64,000 bases of DNA from Ostrea edulis (Eukaryota). The notes beneath the pieces were generated by a model, which made no database searches, was not told where the DNA came from, and was given only the letters and a program-made list of their open reading frames with translations. This document shows, piece by piece, positions 1 to 10,800 of the stretch. The stretch lies in NCBI RefSeq assembly GCF_947568905.1, contig NC_079169.1, positions 55,118,001 through 55,182,000 of the forward strand. Reading direction: 5' to 3'. The position numbers were made by a program, and so were the translations under genes. The first letter of the stretch is position 1, and each line of letters starts with the position of its first letter.

Positions 1-1375
1 AAATATATATGCACTATAAATCTACACCATCGTCGTCTCGGAATTTTATCGGCGTAGTTTATAAAATCTGTCTGCCTGGTCTATCAAAAACTTTCGTAAA
101 ACCTTTAATCCCTTGAGAATCCTAAGAGAGACAACCTGCAAAATTACTACTGAAACTTCAACTTAGAAGTATTGCATGCAGGTTCTCCCTCTAACTCTGT
201 GATTTTAACCCGGTAAGCATTGGCACGATGAACACCTGTCCAAGTCAGTACGAAATTTCACCTAAAACTGGTGATTTTCCGAAATGAATGAAATATTCTC
301 GCTGGAGCATTAAACAACAAATTAATGATAGTGCAACTCCAGATACAAATCTCAGCTCAATCCAAATTACTAGTATTAATGCGGAAAAATCCGTTTTAAC
401 CCTGGGGTGACCTCATTCCTAAGCTGTTCTTTTAGACCTTTCTTCTGATAGGTCACATGAGCTCACTGAATGCTTCTGTTGACTTGATTTTTTGTTAGAA
501 GTTTTCATCGTCTAACAGTAGATACAGTTCCGCATCACCAATAACAAAGTTGACAAATTCAGCCACTGTTTACATAAGGGTGACCAGGGTGTAGCAGACG
601 AAATTTTAGACATACACCGTTTTACAGAAATGATTTATTATTGATGAAAGTCCACTGCTTGGAATACAAATAAAATCATAAATACATTTTGTGATGTTGA
701 TTTCATCTATTCATAGACTTCTGTTGTAAGCGGGAGCGATGGCTTGCCTAGATGTGTATTGCTATTTAGTAAAAGTACCTGTAACCTACTTTTAACAAAT
801 GTTCATACGCACAGTCGTGACCTCTGTTGATCCCGTATAGGCATTTATACACTGATAGATATGTATTGCTCGTAATAGTGTTATATAAGAGAAAACAGTT
901 GAAAATGTAAATATCATGTTTTAATGTACGATTTTGACCCGATTTATTTTTTCAAATTTCTGATATTTTAATATTCTTTCCAGAATACACTGCACATTAA
1001 TTAGAGCAAATACTGTCATCAACATCAAACAGAGTATCACAGAAAATGAATCCATATTGTTGAGAATACAAAACATGGACATTGTATATAACTTGATTAA
1101 TAACACTAACACTTTATAACTCCAAGAACAGAAACCAGGAAGTGGTATGCCATATTGAACATGCTCACGTACATGCATGTAGCGTATTGTACATGTTGTA
1201 TTTACGTCCATCTGAACATCGATAACACAATGGCATATATTATATGACAATATAGTTCTTTTCCTCTAGTTCTTTTCCTCTCCATACGCAGAAGGATGCA
1301 TGGCAAACATGTGAGAAGAGAATTGGCTACATTGTAAAGCGTTGGAACTTGGCAAGTGTCCTAGTTCGATGATCA

Positions 1376-4300
1376 TCACATAATACTACACTTTTCCCCA
1401 ACTTTCTCCATCTCTTTTTCGTACTCTTTCACTTCCTCCAAGTAGGATAATGGCGGCCACCTGTGTTCCTCTACATGGTCCTGGTTACTTCCGGTCAACA
1501 ATGAAAATTCCTCCCTCTTTTCAAAGGCGATGTAGTTGGATGAGATGAAATGTAAACACCAATTAGAGAGCTGATCTGCATTATGGAGCTGCAAAAATAC
1601 AGTTCTGTTATTCATTTCATATTACTGTTATTTCCTATTTCTAGACTTTAAACCCATCTTTTCGATAAAAAAGAAAAAGATTGTTTGTAGTTGTTTCGTA
1701 TGGTTGTCGATTCTTACCTGGGAAGTAAGTAACAGTCCAATGACGTCAATATCTGATTTTTCTATTTGTTTGGTCACGCTTCGGTCCACTTCTTTTGTTA
1801 TGTAAAGTTCACATAAATTTATCAATCTCTTCTGACAATATTCATCCGCCAAAACCATTATTCCAACAGAGTCCCCATCTTCAATGGGTGCGTGGTCTGT
1901 GTAGAGGTATTCTAAGAGGGCCGAGAAACATTCTGACGTCACGTCTTGTAGTTTGACCTCAGATACGTTGCTTAGACTTTCCACAAAACTTCCTCCAAAC
2001 ATTGCTGACATAACTTCGCATCTCGCCCCGAGGACAACTTTATTAGCATAAATCGCAGTCCCTGAAACGGGATTAAATAAATGAAATGCACAATTCTAGT
2101 ACACAATAGTTTGAGTTCTATGTACATGGGGCTCTCTACACACTAATCACTCTCTGGACAAGCCTTTAAAGTTATTCACAAACATGTCATCTATAGATTA
2201 AATAGTCTACAACTATTCCCGATAAACACCATTATTAAGTCCGAAGCGTGGGTGTTGGTTTTATGAACCAGAATGACTATAGTAGTACCGTTATTACATT
2301 TTAAAAAGAAACCATTGAGATATTCAATTATAATACATGATTTCGAACTTTTATAAATCATTCGCGTGATCTTTGAGTAGATCCCCCTAAGCGCACATAA
2401 AAATATTCCATCGTTATTTTGTGATAATTCAATCTACGAGTCTCGGCGCCCTCCTCGGTCGCTTTTTTTCTCCTCAATTTAAAGACATCTTCCAGTACAG
2501 CACTAGTATCTTTTGATTAAGGTAGCTCACTACACTTTATGGCACTACGTCACAAGATGGCGATTTAAATGTTTTGTGAAATCATTTGTATCGATCGATT
2601 TGTTTGTCTATCATCGTAGCTCAGTGGTTAAAGCATTGGACTGGTGAACCACAGATCTCGAATTCAAAGCCGCCAGAGTCTTTTGTTCATATGTGTTGAA
2701 ATAAATTTTTGAAAATAATGTTTTTATCCAAATTTGCATATTTTCTACCTTTTTGGAATATATACTTTTTACATATATTATAATATCTTTTATGATTTAA
2801 TCAATTCGTACATATTTGAAAATCTATTTCTGGGTGTAGGGAGCCACCTTTAATACTATTAAACATATATAAACAAGAATAAGGAAAACGTGGTAACGGA
2901 TTGTATAATACTGTTGTATCATGTATCATGCGTGTATATCTAAGAGTGTTACACTTATGTTATATCATCCTCATTGTTACATGTATCATGTGTGTATATC
3001 TAAGAGTGTTACACTTATGTTACATTATCCTCATTGTTACATGTATCATGCGTGTATATCTAAGAGTGTTACACTTATGTTACATTATCCTCATTGTTAC
3101 ATGTATCATGCGTGTATATCTAAGAGTGTTACACTTATGTTAAATCATCCTCATTGTTACATGTATCATGCGTGTATATCTAAGAGTGTTACACTTATGT
3201 TAAATCATCCTCATTGTTACATGTATCATGCGTGTATATCTAAGAGTGTTACACTTATGTTACATTATCGTCATTGTTACATGTATCATGCGTGTATATC
3301 TAAGAGTGTTACACTTATGTTACATTATCCTCATTGTTACATGTATCATGCGTGTATATCTAAGAGTGTTACACTTATGTTAAATCATCGTCATTGTTAC
3401 AGTGTTTTACCTTCCACGTGAAATATAACGTCAGCATATTCACGGTTATTTAGAAACATCTCCTTCATTCGTTTCCCCGTTTCGTCATTGAGGAACGTTC
3501 CAATGCTGGGGTTTAAAAAATCCTCCTCTGTTAAACAGTTTTCACAAATTGTCTGTAGTTTTTCTAGCCCGAACATTTTCGCCACTCTGCTTAAGTCGTG
3601 GATTTCTTCTTCAATATCGGACACTTCCTCTGGCAGGTTTGGTAATCCTAAATTGCAAGACATATTTTTAAGGAATACAATAAATAGTACCGATTTCTAC
3701 AACGATTCGCATCATAAATATAGACAAGGAAGATTTCCTGAATGCTCACCTGTGTACAGAAATTGTAGAACTCGTACAAAAGTTTTCGGTCGGATTCCGT
3801 CACAGAGTTGTACCGTCGTGTGTTTTTTGCCAACGTCTTCTTCTAATACTGTGGCTATGCCTTCCACGGAGCCAGATATCAATTCTTCTGTGGTGAAAGG
3901 TTCGTCCTCAATTTTGGATAATTGGTTTTTCTACAAAATATGTCCAACACATCTAACTCTTATTTCAATTTCATTTCTAAGATTTAGAGCATGCAAAACA
4001 CCCGATAATGAAGGTTGGATTTTGAGAAAGATAAGCACCACCTGTCCACCGTGTGAGAACTTGAAGACTCTTTGGAAGAACTTGGACGCTGTACACAGCA
4101 CCAAGCGATGGGCCTCCAACTTATGATTGCCGTCCAGTATGAAGGTGACATCTGTGTAGTTAGGATTCTGTAACGCTTTCATCCAATCAGAGCTGAAGGT
4201 TGATGTCATAATTTCTACCCAAGGAGCCTTACCTGCAAGAGCAATGTGTTGATGAATAACACTCATTTGGTGTATCCCGGTACTCTAACCTATTGTAAGG

Positions 4301-6613
4301 CTGTGGTTGGTATTTGGCGTATACCGGTACTCTAACCTATTGTAAGGCTGTGGTTGGTATTTGGCGTATACCGGTACTCTAACCTATTGTAAGGCTGTGG
4401 TTGGTATTTGGCGTATACCGGTACTCTAACCTATTGTAAGGCTGTGGTTGGTATTTGGCGTATACCGGTACTCTAACCTATTGTAAGACTGTGGTTGGTA
4501 TGATTTTTGATCGCGATTCCAGTTCAATGGTTTGGAGTTTGTTTTTTTTTTGGTCTATTCGAGGTTATCTCATTCATATTGAGACAGAACAAACAAAAAC
4601 ACGACTCAATTACGCAAAAAAAATATTCTTGGAGCTTGATCACCATGGCCAGCAGAGAATTCATATCTTACTCAGAGTTGGAGTTACAAAGGTATATCTT
4701 ACAAGTTGTGTTATGTCTTACTCACCGGCAGGGGGCATGACAGGCGCCACCGGCGGAGGCTTCTTTTTCTTTTTAAACAGTGGTCCGGCGAATCCTTTCG
4801 ATTTTGATTTTTTCACTCTTCTAAAGTCAACTGAATGTTTAATCTGTTTAGAAAGAATACTATATCATTCAATTGACCTTTACGTCATCACTCAGCAGTG
4901 AAGAGATGGTGTGAATATTACAAGATACTAAAAGGACCTACCGCAGCAGAGAAACACTCCTGCAGCCCTATCAGGTGAAGTGAGCTTGTTTCACAGAATG
5001 AAGCACCAAGCTTTTTGGCCATGGCTTTTCCCTCCTCCGTAGTAACAAACTCTTCACTTCTTGATGATGTGGACCGCAAGTCTGAAAAATAGACGAAAAT
5101 ATTCCAAAACTGAATATAATAAGTAATCAGTGAAGGCGGACCATGAAATTTTTTCTCGACGTTTAGCAGTCTAGAATTAGACAATACAGCAAAAATTTTC
5201 TTTGAGTTGGGACCATGAAGGTTAAGAAAAAAGATTATAATTTGAGAGAGGTTTATGGATAAACGAGAGAATTTACCGATTTTGCAGCCAACCAACATGA
5301 CTGGGATGTCGGGACAAAAATGTCTGAGTTCCAGTATCCACTTGGATTCAATGTTATCGAAGGAGCATCTATTTTCTATGCTATAACACAAGAGAAAGAC
5401 ATCCGTCATGGGGTAGGACAGGGGACGCAACCTGTCATAGTCCTCCTAACAAGTGAAAAATAATCTTAGAATCATGTATACAACCGTGCAAATCTTTTGG
5501 TTCCTCTCATCTTTCATGTAACGAGCCTTATTCTTTTTTCATATTCACATAATCATCAGTAATAGTAATGAAGATACATATTAATCATTTTATACATTCT
5601 CACACCATCTCACTACTAGTTCAGCATTATTGGTTGAATACTTCTTATTCTAGGTTACAGATCAAAAATAATTTTTCAGTTTTCCCAAAGTCTGTCAAAT
5701 TTCAAAACTTCACATGATTTAATTGCTACAAATTTTTCAACTTTGTATTTGAAAGAAAGATAATGTATCAGCCCAGTAATATGAGGAATTTTGTTCTGTT
5801 TTGAACAATTGAAAACATATTGTTTGGTATACAGAATTATGAAATTAACAACTTTATTACACAAACTGAAAGGTGTTTCACCAAAAATAACATTACTAAC
5901 ATTAAAACCAATTCTTTTTGATGTTTTTTGATGCCGTCACAGACTTTATTTTATATCAANNNNNNNNNNNNNNNNNNNNNNNNNNNNNNNNNNNNNNNNN
6001 NNNNNNNNNNNNNNNNNNNNNNNNNNNNNNNNNNNNNNNNNNNNNNNNNNNNNNNNNNNNNNNNNNNNNNNNNNNNNNNNNNNNNNNNNNNNNNNNNNNN
6101 NNNNNNNNNNNNNNNNNNNNNNNNNNNNNNNNNTATATACACACAATGATGCTTTCCCTCACAGCTATCCACATGACAACAATAACGCAATTGTAGCTGC
6201 ACAATAAATTTGCATCCGCTTATCAACACGGATTTGTAAATTATTGATGTAAAATCACAGGGTGTGAGAAAACAAAGAATGTACACAGTTTAGGGATGGG
6301 GTGGAAATTAGATTTCTTTAGCCAGCATACTCAACATTTTCAGTATAATGTAATGAATATAAAAATATTATAATCATATACAATGTCATGTATTCTACTT
6401 GTAGCAGAAACAAAATTCTAGTACACGCACCTGTCCGGCTGTATCCCACAGTCCTAGGCAGTAGGGAACCCCATCAACCATTACATTGGCCGAATAATTA
6501 TCAAATACTGTCGGGATGTATTCCGCCGGGAAGGCGTTGGTGGTGTAAGCGATGAGGAGACAGGACTTTCCCACACCCCCGTCCCCCACCACCACTAACT
6601 TCAAGTTCTCCAT
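1376..6613 (-). CDS. RhoBTB: RhoBTB / Rho-related protein RacA-like, paralog A (Rac-like GTPase + basic/proline-rich linker + split BTB1 + BTB2 + C-terminal domain + CaaX), 591 aa, 9 coding exons
   Basis: Exons (minus): 6613-6431, 5445-5277, 5081-4942, 4843-4726, 4232-4042, 3930-3750, 3647-3411, 2061-1718, 1588-1376. Total 1776 nt, GT-AG throughout, intron phases 0,1,0,1,0,1,1,0. Motifs: [23 protein letters not shown]|[71 protein letters not shown]; ends CSIM-stop. The start could be 6631 ([10 protein letters not shown]), but an AG acceptor just before MENL and the paralog B start favour 6613. Confidence 0.93.
2521..2848. mobile_element. Non-autonomous TTAA-targeting (Kolobok-type) MITE with an internal tRNA-like segment
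   Basis: TTAA at 2517-2520, TIR GGT[A/G]GCTC[A/C]CTACAC at both ends; a close copy lies at 59710-60057. Confidence 0.75.
2915..3400. repeat. 60-bp minisatellite, about 8 copies, in RhoBTB-A intron 7
   Basis: Unit gttacatgtatcatgcgtgtatatctaagagtgttacacttatgttacattatcctcatt recurs at exact 60-nt spacing. Confidence 0.95.
4272..4500. repeat. 47-bp minisatellite, about 5 copies, in RhoBTB-A intron 4
   Basis: Unit ataccggtactctaacctattgtaaggctgtggttggtatttggcgt. Confidence 0.95.
5960..6133. other. Assembly gap (N run) in RhoBTB-A intron 1
   Basis: 174 Ns, followed by TATATAC. Confidence 0.99.
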
Positions 6614-7817
6614 AGAATGATCTAGTGGCATTCAATATTAATTCAATATTCAATTATAGACAGAAAAAAATGCAGGAGATATACAAAGAAATATGTTAAT
6701 GCTAGCTGCAATAACCTGCAAGTATAGCTGCACCATCGAAAATCTAATTAGATTGACCATGTCACATAGCATAATCATACAATTCAAAATTATTTATGTT
6801 TTCCTTCGATACATAACTTTAAGAGGAGCAGATCATATTATGGCATTTCATTTGAAATATTGATAAGCGTACCTACCGTAGGAAGTAAAATTCTCGTCCT
6901 GTTTGTCTATTAGTTATAAGTAGCAACACAATAACATGTTCTATATATTTATAACACAGTGCTGTAAGCGATATATAAATATTAACCAATCAAAAGACAA
7001 GCTATATATACACATCCAACCTTTACGTTAAAAATAACTCAAGGGATAATCTCGAGGCGGATCAATTGAAAAATCGTTGGGGAAATAATACACAGAGGCG
7101 TTTTAGATTAATTTTCAGATCAATGCTAGTAATTTTAGCGATAAAAGAAATAGAATGGAGGAAGGGCCGTCCAAAAACAACACGTAGACAAACGGTTGAG
7201 ACAGAATTGAAAGAAATCAGGCTAATTTAACTGAATTTGAAAGAGGAAAAAACCCCACCTCAGAATACACGAGGGGGGACATTTCAAGTCCTTGCCCTAT
7301 GTGCCTCTGGGTGCAATAAGGATTAGGTAGGTGTGCATGTTTGTAATTTTTTTGTGATTAACATGGATAGATACCGGTATTTACTGAATAAAGAAACATT
7401 TGATATTTTTTCCCTATCATTTTACTTTTTTGTTACCGAGATATGCCCTATGTCGTTAAACAGAGGACGTGTGTGTAAGCCCTAACCCCCTGCTCGTTAA
7501 ATAAATTATTTTAAGAACCCAAGGTACACATAAAGACGTTCGAGTAAATACTACAACATATTGATTAAGTCTGATTAGATTTAAACCCCTCCGCTGAATG
7601 TGATCTCGGAAAGCGGAATAAGAATACGTCTCGACTGACTTTTTAAAAAATGACAACCAAAAGCCGTGTGCATTGACACATTAAAAGAATGGCGATTTGT
7701 AAATAACCATATATCTAAACTTTCCGGTAGGGCAGTGTTTAGGAATCATTAACGCTGAAAGAAATGCAGTGATTTGACGTAATCAGAGACGACTGTTTTA
7801 GCAGTCAATCATGCTAT

Positions 7818-10800
7818 ATGGGGAGTCTACCGTCTAGAAATAGTAAGTAACAGAAAATATTTTAATATTCAATGAACAACCAGAGATAAATTCTGTAGTA
7901 TCACCCCAATTACCGGTAACCTCCTCACCTGCCCTGAACTGGCAGTGTTCGTGTTGTACATATCCTGCTAGTCCTAACCCAAACTACAGGGTCTAATAGA
8001 TATTGCCAATTAGAAATGTCCTTGAACCATTTTTAGGTGTGCACATATATTATTGAAACAGTCATTGCACAAATTAAGGTATGTTATTCGTGAGACTGAA
8101 TATTTCCGATGTGAATCGGGGTAGAGGAAGGATTTGATGTTTCTCTTCATCTCTGGACATTTAATTCACACGATATCTTTGGGTAAATTTTACTTCAGAT
8201 TTGCTTTGAATATATTTTATTGTAATATAATATTTGCTTTTCATCGATCATGTCTATGTATACAATCATTCGCCATATTTTTTTTTTTTGGTTAAATTTA
8301 TAACATTAACTTTTGTAGCGAGTTTATTCATCATCATAATCATACACCAAAATAAATAAATACGATCAGTTCTATTTTCATACTCTACATTACCACAATG
8401 TCCCCTAATTCTTTACAAACTGTTGATTCATTCTCTCGATGTGCTTCATAATCTCATAATTTAAAACTGATGTTACGGGGGTGCATGAGAAACCTTCAGA
8501 AGAAATGCTCTGTCTAAATCATTAATCTCCATCAAACTGTGTCTACAGAACTTCAGATCGATGGCGGCGACATTGGTAAGTGAATGCATGTGTTAGTATT
8601 TGAAGATCTGCAATATAATCCGGGTTATAAAAACTAACACTCGTGGTCACTAACAGTTTTGGATATACATGTAGATACGTAGATAGTGTTTAACAATTTT
8701 AGAATCCTTAAAAGTTGTGGCTAATACGTGCAGAAATCCCCCCTCCCCCCAAAAAAACCAACAAGTATCGTTTCTAAATGTGGATACACCGCGAGTAGCT
8801 CAGTCGTCAGAACGTTCGACGAATAGGACTGACCTAACACAGTGGTCTTTTGAATAGGTCTGGACCAGACTGACCTGACACATTGATCTTTTGAATAGGT
8901 CTGGACCAGACTGACCTGACACATTGATCTTTTGAATAGGTCTGGACCAGACTGACCTGACACATTGATCTTTTGAATAGGTCTGGACCAGACTGACCTG
9001 ACACATTGATCTTTTGAATAGGTCTGGACCAGACTGACCTGACACAATGGTCTTTTGAATAGGTTTGGACCAGACTGACCTGACACAGTGGTCTTTTGAA
9101 TAGGTCTTGACCAGACTGACCTGACACATGGGTCTTTTTTCGACAAATATTCAACAACGGAAGTGAAAGTCATTGATCTTTAAAGCCGAGGTTAAATGCC
9201 GTGGTAGGATAAAAAAAAACCCAACTGGCTACAATGGCATGGCTAAGTTCAAACACACTTTTGATTCTATTGATGTTTCGTGTAATACTTCTGTAATACC
9301 TCTGAACATTAATAACAAATACATGTAGTATGTATACTACTGCTGTCACAGTTGGAACAGAGAATTTAAATATAAGACTGTAATCTTATAGACATAATAT
9401 AAGACTGTAATCTTATACACATAATAGGAGACTGTAATCTTATAGACATAATAGGAGACTGTAATCTTATAGACATAATATGAAACTGTAATCTTATACA
9501 CATAATATGAAACTGTAATCTTATACACATAATATGAAACTGTAATCTTATACACATAATATGAAACTGTAATCTTATAGACATAATAGGAGACTGTAAT
9601 CTTATAGACATAATCTATAAAACTGCAATCAATCAGCAAAAAGCGAACATTTATATAGCTGACTGGATTTTACTCTTTGACTTAATTACCTCATTTTCAT
9701 GTGTTGATTAACAAGGGAGATTTTGTTTCACACTGCAGACATATTTATTATAAGGCCAATTAAAATTAATTAAAAAAAAGGGTCCAACCCGATTTCTTTT
9801 ATTTTCACAAAAATTACGATTTCAAACAAACTTGCTTCCCAGTGACATGAGTGAATGACTAAAGTCACAGACTGTTGGTTTTATATCTTCTACCAAGGAT
9901 TCTTTGAATGTTAACTTGATTAACACTTCGTGTGATGCCTTTTGTCATTATTTTTTTTCTCTCGGGGAAATAAAAATTAAATGATAAAATCCTCCCACGT
10001 GCCCCATATTTTTTGTGACCCCGGATGATAATCTACTAATTAAGTTGAATTGGCCTAATGACCTTTACAATGAACAAGTACCGGTGCAACACAACATAAC
10101 CTGAAGTTTATTCTAATTTTAGATTTACAAATGTCATATGTTTACTACGGTGGTTGGTTTAGGACAAGTGGAAGAGACTTTTCTTTCTTTCTTTCTTTCT
10201 TTTTTTTTATAACAAATTCGTTCCCATGAAATGAAATTTGTTCCTACGATTTTTTCCTAAGAATTAAGAACAGACTGTATGTTTACACCAACTTCAAATG
10301 CCTATGGATAAATCAATACATCAACATAAACTCATTATAGATGTCACCTTGTTTAATTAACATACGTTATTTCTTTCAATCATGCAATCCAAAATAAATC
10401 TGCAGTAAATTTAGTAAGCTTAGTTCATACATGTCTATTATATAGATTTGTGACTGTACTTTCGATTTGGAGTGCGATGAACATCAGTTGTAAATTGGTA
10501 GGCCTGTCATGTACTTTCAACGACACCAATTTTAGACGACCAAGATCTTAAAAAAAATTACTTCAAGCTTGAATTTGTTATGGAGAAATTTCCTACAATT
10601 TCTTACAAATTGACTGCATACATTTTTTATTTTATAAAACTGCTATATTATTTGAAATGTTGTCTAATTCACAAAGGAGGAATACTGTGATATTACACAC
10701 ATGTACATCTTACAACTTGTAATTTTTTTTTTTTTATCAATATTGACATTTTTTATGACATTTTTTTTTATAGTGGCCAAGTATTAACTGAATTTCTGAT

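Noticed and set aside
2901-3421. Repetitive ORFs of 80 and 166 aa
   Set aside because: Translations of the intronic 60-bp minisatellite.
3488-4126. 212-aa plus-strand ORF
   Set aside because: Antisense shadow of RhoBTB-A exons 5-7; no recognisable motif. The same applies to 26960-27202, 30022-30249 and 30387-30623.
5918-6286. ORFs spanning the first N run (likewise 32010-32259)
   Set aside because: Artefacts of N translation.
8561-8575. ATG GCG GCG as the start of the SPRY gene
   Set aside because: It gives a phase-0 donor and hits a stop in the next exon; the phase-1 reading from 7818 is open throughout.
8721-9639. CRISPR-like array or repeat proteins
   Set aside because: The 41-bp and 27-bp units are contiguous, with no unique spacers and no cas genes; eukaryotic minisatellites.
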